DNA of 64,000 nucleotides from an uncultured archaeon (GTDB taxonomy: Archaea; Asgardarchaeota; Hermodarchaeia; Hermodarchaeales; Hermodarchaeaceae), in contig CAYFXC010000003.1 of the NCBI GenBank assembly GCA_964347045.1, positions 102,701-166,700 of the forward strand, given 5' to 3'. The notes under the pieces are model-generated. The model was not told where the DNA came from, did no database searches, and worked only from the letters and a program-made list of their open reading frames with translations. Positions 28,419 to 39,079 of this stretch are shown here, in pieces. Every line of letters starts with the position of its first letter. Within the stretch, counting starts at the first letter, position 1. The position numbers and the translations under genes are program-made.

Positions 28419-31324
28419 GCAAAGATCCTACTCCTCCTATAATTGCACCAAAGGCTCATGGGAGCCGCCTATATGTAGCCAATTATGTTGGAACCAGCCT
28501 TCGTAAAAACAAAACCCGTTTCTTCAGTTTGCTCATCGGTATAATGATTGGAGTTGCATTAGTTGCTTCTGTTTTTGTATGGACTGATACCGACTCTCAG
28601 GTTGCAGCGGTTGACTACTTTGAATCCAATCTTTACCAATACTATGTTCAACAAGTATACGAATCTCCCGTTGATACCCAGCTCATCTTTGATGTAAAAA
28701 ATTGGTTTTCTGGACAAATAGAGTATCAGGCATCAGATATCATATATCATTCAGTGGGGTTCCTCAACGGAACCAATTGGAATTCATCAACTACCTATCT
28801 CCCATATCCATATTCTCAGGGGATAAAAGACTTTCAAACCTTCTTTGTTGATAACCCTTTTCTTGAGAGGGTCGCGCCCCAGTTCGAATTTAATGGGGCT
28901 TTCGAATTATCTACTGGTGAGTGTCTAATAAGCACAAAAGTAATTGAAGACGCTGAAGCACTTTTCAATCAAACAATTTCTATTGGTAGCTATATTAATC
29001 TCAATATAGCTTCGGTTTATAATGAACCAACTACACTTGGTGATTTACAACTTTTTAACAGTTTTAATCTCCTTGTAGTAGGTATCTACAACATCACCTA
29101 TAGTGACACAATTCTGTACTCGTCTGCCAGAGCGGCTATTCGGTCGAATTTTCCGGGATCACCTCAAACCAATGTTTTTGGTTGGAATGATAGCGTTATT
29201 ATGCACTATAACCAACTAGATTCGATTCAGCGAGATACACTTACAGCAAATTCCCTTTTTCCGAAACTTCTTGTTCAGCTAAATCCAATAGAAGTTTCCG
29301 CCGCTGGATTAGAGGATGTCTCAACTGTTATTCTTGAATTAAAATCTAATTTAGAATTTCAGTTTGCACAAAGAATTATCGTAGAAGGAGAGCACCAAGT
29401 TTTACTCCTTGAACAATATATTGCAGCCAGTCAGTCTCGGCGAACAATGGCTGTCATTACTTTACCGATTATCCTGCTCTCGGTAATTCTGACAATTTTT
29501 GCCACCAACATATTTCTTAGCGGACGACGATCTGAAGTTGCGATTCTACGAGCCAGAGGGGCTAGTTTCCGTCAACTCTATGCTGCTTTCATTTTAGAAT
29601 TCCTGATTGTTGCAATAACTGCGCTCTGTTTGGGAATGGTTCTCAGCATTTTCATAGGTTCCTTAATTCCCGCTTCGGTTGGTTTCCTACAATTTAATCC
29701 CATCATATTCTATCAATTTCTTTCTAATGCCAGACTTGAACCACTGATATGGGTAATTGCCTTTATTGCGTGTCTTCTACCTTCATTGATTTTTACAATG
29801 GTGTATGTACGCAACTTTCTACGAACTGAAATATACAAGGCTATAGTGGGCACTGCTCCACGTGCAGAAGCGGATCCTAGTATCACGATAATCTATGCCA
29901 TTGCCGTTTTTTCATTACTCGGGTTTCTCATTGTCGCGGTTCTACTACTTCCCGTTACTCCATTAATTGCCGTTTTCCTTTTTGGTTATGCTGTTGCAGT
30001 ATGGGCGCTTTTCAGTGATGTCGGTTCTCGTATAGTTCGTCAAATCATTGCAGGATTAACGCGTGGTTTTCAACCAATGTTTGGAGAGAAAGCCTTTATT
30101 TTTGAAAAAAGTATGCGAACTCGGCGAGAACGAATTGTACCACTCCTCCTGATACTGACTTTAACATTCTCCATTACTGTCTTTGCTGTAGTTGAAGCGC
30201 AAACAGTTCAAGATAACGTCTTCACACAAGTTGGCTATTTCATGGGTGCTGATTTACGGGTTGAAAGTAATTCAATTCATCACAATTATACGAATGAAAT
30301 CTTATCTATTCCTGGGGTTGTATCTGCTACTGCACTAATTTCCACAACAAGCACAATTGGCCCCATTTCTCTAACGATTATCGGAGTCGATGTGGATTCC
30401 TATACTAATACCGGCAATTGGGATCTTTCAAGTATGATAGGGGAAGATCCCATCGCAACCCTCCAAAAACTTCGTAACAACTCAAATGGAATTATCCTAC
30501 CTCGAACGGTTGCAGAACGACTTCGAAGAGTTGTGGGTAACAGACTAGTTATTTCCGTTCATCAACAGGGAGGTGGAATAATGGGAGATGTTTCATTCCT
30601 CATTGTAGGGTTGGGTCGTAGTGCTCCTGGGTTGGGTTATTTTGATCCGGATGACCCCATCCGACCACCAGATCCCACTGATGGTTTTCATTTTCAAGCT
30701 CCACAAGTCTTTGCCCTAGTTAACAGGAATCTCCTAATTAATCAGAATATGACGAACACACGACTTATGTTAGCTAGGCTTTCTGAAAATGCTGATATCA
30801 TAGAAATTCAGCATCAAATAAACAACCTTAATTTCTCATCAGCGATTTATTCGCCAAAAACCTATTCGATAGAGGAAGCCTATCCTGAAGGCTATCTTTT
30901 CAATAGGGGCGTAGTAAGTCTTCTATCAATTGGATTCATAGCCTGTGTGATTATTAGTATGATCGCGCTTATTCTTTTTGTGGGAATAATCGTCACGGAA
31001 CGTACAACTGAGTATGCAATCATGCGGGCTGTTGGCAGCACTCAGCGACAAATAAGTGCTATCGTTATTGGTGAATTTGTTGGGCTAATAGTCACCTCCT
31101 TTCTTGTGGCATTATTACTTGGCTTTTTCTTCTCTTGGCTTCTAATGATCATCTTACTCCGTCTCTTTCCCTTTCCCTACGTAATTCCCTTCCAACTTGG
31201 AGTTCCTCTGCTGTTACTGCTTGCAGTGCTAGCAATCGTAGTTATTGGAATAAGCATTGGAACCTATATTCCCGCCCGTCGAGCGGGGCGAACTAATGTT
31301 GGTAAAGCTCTTCGAAATCTCTAA
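28415..31324 (+). CDS. FtsX/MacB-like ABC permease with two extracellular domains
   Basis: RRSEVAILRARGAS and ERTTEYAIMRAVG coupling motifs; C-terminal YIPARRA. Confidence 0.9.
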   Translation: MSKDPTPPIIAPKAHGSRLYVANYVGTSLRKNKTRFFSLLIGIMIGVALVASVFVWTDTDSQVAAVDYFESNLYQYYVQQVYESPVDTQLIFDVKNWFSGQIEYQASDIIYHSVGFLNGTNWNSSTTYLPYPYSQGIKDFQTFFVDNPFLERVAPQFEFNGAFELSTGECLISTKVIEDAEALFNQTISIGSYINLNIASVYNEPTTLGDLQLFNSFNLLVVGIYNITYSDTILYSSARAAIRSNFPGSPQTNVFGWNDSVIMHYNQLDSIQRDTLTANSLFPKLLVQLNPIEVSAAGLEDVSTVILELKSNLEFQFAQRIIVEGEHQVLLLEQYIAASQSRRTMAVITLPIILLSVILTIFATNIFLSGRRSEVAILRARGASFRQLYAAFILEFLIVAITALCLGMVLSIFIGSLIPASVGFLQFNPIIFYQFLSNARLEPLIWVIAFIACLLPSLIFTMVYVRNFLRTEIYKAIVGTAPRAEADPSITIIYAIAVFSLLGFLIVAVLLLPVTPLIAVFLFGYAVAVWALFSDVGSRIVRQIIAGLTRGFQPMFGEKAFIFEKSMRTRRERIVPLLLILTLTFSITVFAVVEAQTVQDNVFTQVGYFMGADLRVESNSIHHNYTNEILSIPGVVSATALISTTSTIGPISLTIIGVDVDSYTNTGNWDLSSMIGEDPIATLQKLRNNSNGIILPRTVAERLRRVVGNRLVISVHQQGGGIMGDVSFLIVGLGRSAPGLGYFDPDDPIRPPDPTDGFHFQAPQVFALVNRNLLINQNMTNTRLMLARLSENADIIEIQHQINNLNFSSAIYSPKTYSIEEAYPEGYLFNRGVVSLLSIGFIACVIISMIALILFVGIIVTERTTEYAIMRAVGSTQRQISAIVIGEFVGLIVTSFLVALLLGFFFSWLLMIILLRLFPFPYVIPFQLGVPLLLLLAVLAIVVIGISIGTYIPARRAGRTNVGKALRNL

Positions 31325-31345
31325 ACAGACAGGTGAAAAAAAATC

Positions 31346-32362
31346 ATGGCTACACGCAATAACCTCATCAGCGGTTTGGTCAAAGAAGAAGAATTCGCTG
31401 AGGTTCCAGAAAATCTAGTCTTGATGGCTAATGACGTCTATAAGATCTATCAAACTGGCGAATTTGAAACAGTCGCTTTACGTGGTGTATCTTTCCAAAT
31501 TTTTCAAGGTGAAATTGTGGCAGTTGTTGGGCCTTCAGGGAGTGGAAAAACTACACTCGTTAATCTTCTAGGTGGGACACTTCGTCCCAGTGCAGGTCAA
31601 GTTTATTGGTCAAATATCAAACAGGATATCGCTAAACTCGATCAACGAATTATAACCAATGCCCGTCGAGGGTTTATTGGCTTCGTTTTTCAAGTTGATA
31701 ATCTACTTCACCACTTGTCAGCTAGACAAAATGTGGAACTTAGTGCCCGTATCGCAGGACTTCCCAAAACTTGGAGGCAAGAACGCTCAACAGAACTTTT
31801 AGAAGCTGTGGGATTAAAAAATCGAATGAATCATGTTCCGGCAAAACTATCCGGAGGGGAACGTCAGCGTGTAGCTATCGCCAGTGCTCTTATGAATAAT
31901 CCCGCTCTTGTTCTCGCTGATGAACCGACTGGTGATCTTGACCTCATCAACGCTGAAGAAATTCTTGATCTCTTTAAAAAACTCAATGAACAGTATGGAA
32001 CCGCCTTTCTAATTGTAACCCACAGCCAATTAATTGCCTCTAAATCACGACGAACTCTGGAACTTCGTGATGGAATCATTAGTGGAACGCACGACGCAGG
32101 AGTTCATCTAAAACAACTTGAAAGAACCCGTGTATTGGAAGTTGATAATCAAGATCGATTACCGATTCCTGAGAATATTTTACGTGAATTAGGTCGTCCT
32201 CGTCGATTCCAAGTTGAAGTTGAAGAGGGACGAATAATTCTTACGCCTTCAATGGTTGAAGATGCTGTTGCGGTAGAAGTCCGACTAGTCACATGTCGGA
32301 TTTGTGGGAAATTAGTTGCATCAAATCGTGTAACCTGTCCTAGTTGTGGTACGGCGCTATGA
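31346..32362 (+). CDS. ABC ATPase, LolD/MacB type, with C-terminal AbrB-like segment and zinc ribbon
   Basis: GPSGSGKT, LSGGERQR, LADEPTGDLD, VTH; C-terminal VDNQDRLPIP...VEEGRIIL and CRIC...CPSC. Confidence 0.92.
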   Translation: MATRNNLISGLVKEEEFAEVPENLVLMANDVYKIYQTGEFETVALRGVSFQIFQGEIVAVVGPSGSGKTTLVNLLGGTLRPSAGQVYWSNIKQDIAKLDQRIITNARRGFIGFVFQVDNLLHHLSARQNVELSARIAGLPKTWRQERSTELLEAVGLKNRMNHVPAKLSGGERQRVAIASALMNNPALVLADEPTGDLDLINAEEILDLFKKLNEQYGTAFLIVTHSQLIASKSRRTLELRDGIISGTHDAGVHLKQLERTRVLEVDNQDRLPIPENILRELGRPRRFQVEVEEGRIILTPSMVEDAVAVEVRLVTCRICGKLVASNRVTCPSCGTAL

Positions 32363-32394
32363 AGTGATAACAATAAAAAGGAGCATAGAGATCT

Positions 32395-35373
32395 TTGGAT
32401 CAAACTTCAGGACCAAATAACAAATCCCCGTATAAAGAGGAGCCAAGCGCTATTACCTATCGAAGGATACCTACGGGTAGTGGCTTTGGTAGACGTCTTT
32501 ATGTAGCTAGGTATATGACGCACGGGATTCGTCATCATAAACGGCGCTCAATTAGTTTACTTATCGGCATCATGGTTGGGGTTGCTTTAGTAAGCTCCGT
32601 ATTCGTATGGACTGAAACCGGGGCCCGTGTAGCTATTGACAGCTATTTTACCAGTTTATCTTTTCACTATTACTGTATACAAAATCCTTCGAATGAAGAT
32701 CCGCAAGCAATTTTCTCCGTGAAACAATATGTTGATTCGCAAATAACAACCCATACATCCCACGTTATTTATAGCTCAATTGCTCTAATCGACTCAACCC
32801 ATCTAGATCCGAGTGATCAGTATCTTCCCTATGCCTACCAACGAGGAATCAAGGATAGTCAAGTCTTTTTTGTTGATAATGTTTTTCTTGAACGCGCCGA
32901 ACGATCTTTTCGGATTATTGATGGGGAATTCAGTCTATCTCCTGGCTCAGTTCTTGTTAGTCAAAACGTGGTTGAAGACCTACAACAGGTAACTGGTCGG
33001 CAAGTGTCAGTGGGAAGCGTAATTGATTTGTCAATAGCTCGGAATTATCAGAGCACAAGCACTATCGGGGCAATTGATCCGACCAATGTCAATGGATTGC
33101 GCATAGCTGGTATTTATGAGGTCATAGCAAGCCTGGAACCTCTTCTTGAATCCTTTCCTTCCCAAAGTCGACTTAATTGGGGTCCGATTCAAGCTTCTGA
33201 AATTGTGTTCGGCTGGTTTGATAGCGTAATTGTTTCAAACGATTTACTTAGCAGTGAGGAATATGATCTCATTGCCCTTGATGTACTGTTTCCTCGTTTA
33301 CTTGTTGAAATCACTCCAGTTCCATTATATTTTCTTAGACTCGAGGAAATAATTGGTGTTTTTCATCAGGTATTCAATGACATTCAAATGCACTCCAATG
33401 TTGCCGTTGGAGGTCGTGATCAACTTTTGTTTTTACAGGATTATGTGGCAGTGTTTTATGAAAGGCAGACGATGGTTTTTTTAGTATTGCCGATGGTGAT
33501 CTTGTCTGGTCTATTAACAACATTCGCTGCGTCGCTCTTTCTTTCCAATCGTCGTTCAGAATTAGCGATTTTAAGATCTCGTGGAGCTAGCTACCAACAA
33601 CTTTACTCCTTGCTTATGTTTGAGTTTTTCATTTTAGCAATTATTGGTGCAATCTTGGGGGGTCTTCTTGGGATTTTACTTGGGTGTATGATACCCTCCG
33701 CCTCCTCGTTCCTGATTTTTGACCTAATTAATCTCTTTCATCACCTAAGTCTGACTTCAGTTAATCTCCTCGCTTGGGCAATTGCAGGACTCATATGTAT
33801 ATTACCTGCTGCATTCTACATTCTCTTAAAAACGCGATCCTTTCTGAAATCTGAAATTTACGGAGAACTTCGTGAAAATACTTCTCACGGGAAACAAAAC
33901 CCACGTCTTCAACTTGTCTACGCATTTGGTATTATTCTAATTTCTATACCCCTAACTTTTGTAGTGTTATCTGTCTCAATCTCCGTGGACATAGCCCTCG
34001 TTTTCTTTATTTTTATAGTAAGTTTCTGGATCCTTCTTGCAGATGCTATTGCCCGTGTTATTCGACCAGGCATAGCTGCTTTTTCTAGATTATTTACCCC
34101 GGCAATTGGTCAAAAGAGTCAGCTCTTCGCAAAGTCTCTTAGAGTACAACGAAGTCGTGTTGTCCCCTTGTTAATGATTTTGGTTCTCACTTTTTCGATT
34201 ACGATATTTTCCGCAGTTGAGGCACAAACCTATGATACCCATCTCGATCAGCAAATTAGCTACTATGTTGGTGGAGATATTCGCGTTTATTCTGATCGTG
34301 TTCTAGCTAATCGAGTGAATGAAATTACATCTCTTTCCCAAATCGGCACTGCAACCTCTTTTATTGAAGTACAATCTGAAATCGGTCAATCTAATTTAAA
34401 GCTGATTGGTGTGAATCCTGCAGCCTATGCCGAGGTTGGTAATTGGGATGAATCGAGTATGGTAGGTGATGATTACCGCGTCGTGCTTGATAGACTAGCA
34501 GCAAACTTCGATGGAATCATTTTGCCTGCACATATTGCTTCTCTCTACGATCGAAGGGTTGGAGACACCATTCCTGTCCAAGTACGTGATCAACGGACAT
34601 TTGTAGTCGACATTAAGATATTCGATGTTGTGGGGATTATGGAGAAAGCTCCAGGGTTAGGTTATGCGAATCCATCAGATCCCGATTCATCGATAACATC
34701 AAACCCTGGGTTTGGCTTCCAAAAAGGTGACCCCTTTGCATTGTGTCATCAACACTACTTTCTAATTGAGATTCCCTCATTTGATCCTTATGCCGTTGTG
34801 GATTCAACCCAATTCTTCCTAGCTGATTTGAATCCTTCATACAGCATCCAATCAGCTCAAGATGCGGTAGAGTCCCTTGAATTTGTATATCGGACTTGGT
34901 CACCATATACTTTTGATTTGGAAGAAGCCTATCATGATGGATATCTATTTTCCCAGGGAATTATCGGGCTCCTCTCCGTGGGGTTCCTTTCTTCACTAAT
35001 AATCAGTATTATAGCTTTAACGATCTTTGTTAGTACTATTGTCTCTGAACGGAAAACTGAGTATGCTATTCTTCGAGCTTTGGGGGGGACTCGCCAAGAT
35101 GTTACCTCAATGGTTCTTGTAGAGTTTATGAGTCTTATCACGTTAACATTTCTTGTTAGTATAATAATCGGAATTGGCTTCTCTTGGCTGCTTATGCTTG
35201 TAATAATCAAACTATTTCCCCAGCCTTTCATTGTTCCATTCACTATCATCTATCCAATAAGCCTGTTAATTTCAGTGTTAGGCCTCGTGTTTCTTGGATT
35301 ACTAACAGGTGCTTATCTGCCAGCCCGCCGTGCAGGACAAGTTCAAGTCAACACGCTTCTTCGCAATCTTTAG
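32395..35373 (+). CDS. FtsX/MacB-like ABC permease, paralog of 28415..31324
   Basis: Shared blocks RLYVA.Y, SLLIGIM.GVALV.SVFVWT, YLPY.Y..GIKD.Q.FFVDN.FLER, GNWD.SSM.G, APGLGY, EEAY..GYLF, PARRAG. Confidence 0.9.
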   Translation: MDQTSGPNNKSPYKEEPSAITYRRIPTGSGFGRRLYVARYMTHGIRHHKRRSISLLIGIMVGVALVSSVFVWTETGARVAIDSYFTSLSFHYYCIQNPSNEDPQAIFSVKQYVDSQITTHTSHVIYSSIALIDSTHLDPSDQYLPYAYQRGIKDSQVFFVDNVFLERAERSFRIIDGEFSLSPGSVLVSQNVVEDLQQVTGRQVSVGSVIDLSIARNYQSTSTIGAIDPTNVNGLRIAGIYEVIASLEPLLESFPSQSRLNWGPIQASEIVFGWFDSVIVSNDLLSSEEYDLIALDVLFPRLLVEITPVPLYFLRLEEIIGVFHQVFNDIQMHSNVAVGGRDQLLFLQDYVAVFYERQTMVFLVLPMVILSGLLTTFAASLFLSNRRSELAILRSRGASYQQLYSLLMFEFFILAIIGAILGGLLGILLGCMIPSASSFLIFDLINLFHHLSLTSVNLLAWAIAGLICILPAAFYILLKTRSFLKSEIYGELRENTSHGKQNPRLQLVYAFGIILISIPLTFVVLSVSISVDIALVFFIFIVSFWILLADAIARVIRPGIAAFSRLFTPAIGQKSQLFAKSLRVQRSRVVPLLMILVLTFSITIFSAVEAQTYDTHLDQQISYYVGGDIRVYSDRVLANRVNEITSLSQIGTATSFIEVQSEIGQSNLKLIGVNPAAYAEVGNWDESSMVGDDYRVVLDRLAANFDGIILPAHIASLYDRRVGDTIPVQVRDQRTFVVDIKIFDVVGIMEKAPGLGYANPSDPDSSITSNPGFGFQKGDPFALCHQHYFLIEIPSFDPYAVVDSTQFFLADLNPSYSIQSAQDAVESLEFVYRTWSPYTFDLEEAYHDGYLFSQGIIGLLSVGFLSSLIISIIALTIFVSTIVSERKTEYAILRALGGTRQDVTSMVLVEFMSLITLTFLVSIIIGIGFSWLLMLVIIKLFPQPFIVPFTIIYPISLLISVLGLVFLGLLTGAYLPARRAGQVQVNTLLRNL

Positions 35374-35400
35374 TCTCATCCTGTTCCAATGGGCTGAAAG

Positions 35401-35424
35401 AAAATAACAAAATAACAAAATAAC
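35401..35424. repeat. AAAATAAC x3 (T-rich on the minus strand; possible terminator between convergent units)
   Basis: Three exact 8-bp copies. Confidence 0.6.
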
Positions 35425-35571
35425 TGAATAATGTCTGAGGGAAGCCTTCTGCGGTCGTTAAATCAAGAAGCTGCTTGCACTCAAAGGAGTTTCACCAGTG
35501 CATTGATCTGGCTCATTGTAATTTCTGATTTCGTTCAATGAGGATATTAGCTTCTAAGATGAAATTAACTT

Positions 35572-35874
35572 CTAAGGGTTCTCTCTTTTCTCAAGAAGAC
35601 CTTCACGTCGAAGTTCGAATACCACAATGTTATGAGGATCTGGGCATGCAATATAGCCGCGGTTGGGATTGGGTTCCCAAGGAATTGTACCATCAAATTC
35701 AAGTATTGTGAGAAAAGGAAACAAAGCGTTGTAAGCCCAACGACAAATTTTCTCTTTTTCCTCAGGTTTTGATAAATCGAATTCGTCGCCAACTTTATAC
35801 AATCGGCAAGGGGTTTTTCCAGTTTCAGCCCGTGTTTCATGCACACGTGCAATAATTCGATATACTTTTGACAT
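35572..35874 (-). CDS. TIGR04076-like small Cys-containing protein
   Basis: C..YKVGDEF, IC.WAY.ALFP, G..PW, CPDP...VVFEL.R. Confidence 0.8.
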   Translation of the reverse strand: MSKVYRIIARVHETRAETGKTPCRLYKVGDEFDLSKPEEKEKICRWAYNALFPFLTILEFDGTIPWEPNPNRGYIACPDPHNIVVFELRREGLLEKRENP

Positions 35875-35943
35875 GGTGATTGCACCCGTAAGCGGCTTGA
35901 TATTAATGCAAGTCTTTTAGTTTTGCTCTAATTACTTTGAACG

Positions 35944-36678
35944 CTAGTTTGTCCGCGCAATGAGATCATCTCGATTAAACAATCGCACGGCAATCCGAAA
36001 AAGAATAATGTCCAGGATAACTAGGATAACAACTCCGGCAATGAAGATAATCCAGCTTAAACCAGATAGGAATCCCGAATATGCAAAGATCATGGCAGGA
36101 AGAATCAAGACTCCACCCAACTGATATGCCTCATACACTGTATTCGCTCGCCCCGAGATAATGACCATGAGCCCCACAGAAAGTATGGAGAAAAGAAAGG
36201 GGAGTATGAGCGACTGAATTAGTGATAACGGATCTGGCCAAGCTAACAGCAGCTGGGGTGCCATAAACCAAACAATCCCATTTACAATTAATACAGCTAA
36301 AACTAGATTACCATAAGCAACCAGTACACCAGGAATCATCGCGGTAAGGAACTTTCCCAGTAGCAACTCCCTATTCGAAAGTGGGGTTGCAAGAAGCGGA
36401 ACGAGTGTATGCCGCTCTTTTTCTCCAACAATTGAATCTGCTGCTATTAGAACTGGAAGCATGATGGGCAATAAAATAACGACTGCACCCATTACACTAT
36501 TCATCATTAGGTTGAAGGTAAATGGATCCATCATTTCTGCAGCAAGCATCAAATAGGTCATAAAACCGCCAAAAGCTACTGACATTGCAACGATAATTAT
36601 AGGAATCATCCGAACTTGGCGACTCTTAAACACCATTCGCATTTCCGTTTTAGCCATAAACCAGGCTTTTTTCCACAT
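35944..36678 (-). CDS. ABC-2 type permease (start 36678 after GGAGG)
   Basis: A.TE.R N-terminus, DSIVGEKERHTL.PLLATPLS.RELLLGK, 6 TM segments. Confidence 0.9.
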   Translation of the reverse strand: MWKKAWFMAKTEMRMVFKSRQVRMIPIIIVAMSVAFGGFMTYLMLAAEMMDPFTFNLMMNSVMGAVVILLPIMLPVLIAADSIVGEKERHTLVPLLATPLSNRELLLGKFLTAMIPGVLVAYGNLVLAVLIVNGIVWFMAPQLLLAWPDPLSLIQSLILPFLFSILSVGLMVIISGRANTVYEAYQLGGVLILPAMIFAYSGFLSGLSWIIFIAGVVILVILDIILFRIAVRLFNRDDLIARTN

Positions 36679-36679
36679 C

Positions 36680-37621
36680 CTAGTTACCTCCAATAACCTT
36701 TCGATAGACTGCTTCAAGATCTGGAATGCGTTCACGAAGTTCTATCACATTGTACCCAGACTCTATTAGTGCTCGGAGAATTTGTGGGTTCTTAACCTCT
36801 GCCTCCTCGACTTCGAAAAGTACTCGTTGTTCATCAACCCTAGCTGATTTGACCAATCCCGTGGATAATATAAGTTCAACACTTTTTTGTAAATCAGGTT
36901 CTTCAACATGTAGTACATAGGTTCGGATTTTCCAGAATTTGCGTCGCAAATCTTTCGGACGACCAACCTCGACTAGTTTCCCTTTAGATATAAAGCCAAC
37001 CCGGTCGCAAAGTGCTTCTACTTCGGATAAGAGGTGCGTACATAAAAAGAAGGTTTGTTTGCCACCTTCCGCTTGAGCATCGATGAATTGCCGAACCTTG
37101 TTTGACATTATGGGGTCCAAACTCGATGTGGGTTCATCCAAAAAAACCACGTTTGGGTCATGAATCATTGAGCGGGCAATCGATAACTTCTGTTTTAATC
37201 CCGTTGAAAATGTTGCAGGTGAGTCGTTGCGTCGATCTGAGAGTTCTAAGAATTCCAATAGCTGTTCAATTCGATCTTCAAGAACCTCTTCAGAAACATC
37301 ATACAACTTTCCAAAATATTCTAGATTCTTAAAAGCTGATAAGCGGTCATAATGGGTTGATGCCCCATCTTCAGGAAGAAGTCCAATTATTGATCGAACC
37401 TCAATAGGTTGGTCTTGAACATCATATCCTTCGATTATAATTGAGCCTTTGGTAGGTTCTAATAATGTTGCAGCAATTTTCACCGTTGTGGATTTCCCTG
37501 CCGCATTTGGTCCTAGAAATCCAAAGACTTCTCCACGTCGAACATCTAGGGAAACCCCATCTACAGCCATTATAGTTTCAAACTGCTTGGTTAATTCTGT
37601 CATTTCAATAGAAGTCGTCAT
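36680..37621 (-). CDS. ABC-2 type ATPase
   Basis: GPNAAGKST, FSTGLKQK, FLDEPT, CTH, C-terminal PDLE.VY. Confidence 0.93.
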   Translation of the reverse strand: MTTSIEMTELTKQFETIMAVDGVSLDVRRGEVFGFLGPNAAGKSTTVKIAATLLEPTKGSIIIEGYDVQDQPIEVRSIIGLLPEDGASTHYDRLSAFKNLEYFGKLYDVSEEVLEDRIEQLLEFLELSDRRNDSPATFSTGLKQKLSIARSMIHDPNVVFLDEPTSSLDPIMSNKVRQFIDAQAEGGKQTFFLCTHLLSEVEALCDRVGFISKGKLVEVGRPKDLRRKFWKIRTYVLHVEEPDLQKSVELILSTGLVKSARVDEQRVLFEVEEAEVKNPQILRALIESGYNVIELRERIPDLEAVYRKVIGGN

Positions 37622-37838
37622 TCCGAAACCTCATGTTGATTAATTTGTGATATTCTTTAGGAGATTTTGGTGATTGCAGAACCTCTAATTGGTAAATACT
37701 TATCCAAGCCCAATTCAAGAGGCATTCTGCAGTCTCATAACTCTTTATACTTTACCATAATACAATGAAAGTGCTATAGTCAGGAGCGAAAGCTTAAGGC
37801 AAAAGTCAGTAGATATCCTCCAGATTTGGTGGGTTCTA

Positions 37839-39059
37839 ATGAGTGCTCCTTTAAGCTATGATTCTGTCATCGCTGCTAGGCATCAGATAGTTCAAGATCT
37901 TCTCACCAAGGAAAATGCCCTTATAGGGTACATCTACCCCCATACGCCGCTTGAACTGTTTTTAGCTCATAATCTAACACCTACGCTCCTTTTTGCTGAA
38001 CCTAAGATATCAAGCGCTTATGAAGCAAGCCTACAAACGTTCTGTTGTGCCTACTCTCGAAATCTTTTCAGTCAACGTTCCAAAGAAAACCTACCACCAC
38101 TTAAAGCCATTGTGTTTCCGGGAGGAACTTGTGATTCGCTTCAAAATCTTGGAGATGTTTGGCAATCACGTTTTCCCGAAGACACTGTTCTACGATTAAC
38201 CTATCCAGTGGTAAACGATGAAGCTGCAGTTAGATATCTCGCTGAAGAGCTTCGAGACTTGAGCCATCATCTCGAAGTATTATTAGGCACCCGTTTTTCC
38301 ATGGAAAAATATCAGCAAGCTGTCGCTAATATCGCAGAATTTCACGCTGCAGCTCAATTCATAAGCGTCGGTCGGCTTCTTTGCCCTTCTATTTATCCTT
38401 ATATCGACTACGCTAGATTAATCCGCCAATTTCTAACAGCGCCTACAGTTCACAACCTTCAAGAAGTAGAAAATGTCGCCACACAAATACAAAAAGAACT
38501 TCGAAAAAAACAACTACTCCCAACAGCAGAAGCACTTCGATTTGGCTTGCTTTCCAAACAGATCTCTGATCAGATTAGCATTGAATCAATAGAGGAACCC
38601 CGAATTATGATTATCGGAGGCATGGTTGACCCTGAAGGCATAGCATTACATTTTGACAGAGCAAAAACAAGTGCTAATCTGGACGATGTAGAATTAACGT
38701 TTGATTTGCTGTCTTTTACCTTTCGCACTACATTTATTAAAGCTCCCAGCTTACAAGGCGATCCCTTTATGGAAATGGCTCATAGCATCCTAACAGCCCC
38801 CCCGGAACCTACCCAAGAAGGATTACGCTCTAGACTACAATTTATCAACCAAGTAATTGATAAGCTTCATATAACGGGGTTAGTTCTCTTTGAGCAGTCC
38901 TTCTGTGATCCTGATCAATTTGAAATCCCCGATATTCTCAAGCTTGCTGAGAAAAAGAAAGTATTTGCAGTCCGTGTTCCACTAGACCCGGAATTTTCTG
39001 ATCGTGCTCGATTGGAAGGCCGACTTCAAAGCTTTCTTGAAACACTTACTGCAAGATGA
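37839..39059 (+). CDS. 2-hydroxyacyl-CoA dehydratase / class I benzoyl-CoA reductase subunit (HgdB/BcrC/BzdN-like)
   Basis: P.EL..AH, LQTFCCAY, TCD, FCDP, RLQSFLE. Confidence 0.82.
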   Translation: MSAPLSYDSVIAARHQIVQDLLTKENALIGYIYPHTPLELFLAHNLTPTLLFAEPKISSAYEASLQTFCCAYSRNLFSQRSKENLPPLKAIVFPGGTCDSLQNLGDVWQSRFPEDTVLRLTYPVVNDEAAVRYLAEELRDLSHHLEVLLGTRFSMEKYQQAVANIAEFHAAAQFISVGRLLCPSIYPYIDYARLIRQFLTAPTVHNLQEVENVATQIQKELRKKQLLPTAEALRFGLLSKQISDQISIESIEEPRIMIIGGMVDPEGIALHFDRAKTSANLDDVELTFDLLSFTFRTTFIKAPSLQGDPFMEMAHSILTAPPEPTQEGLRSRLQFINQVIDKLHITGLVLFEQSFCDPDQFEIPDILKLAEKKKVFAVRVPLDPEFSDRARLEGRLQSFLETLTAR

Positions 39060-39079
39060 TAACGAAAAGGTGAACAACA

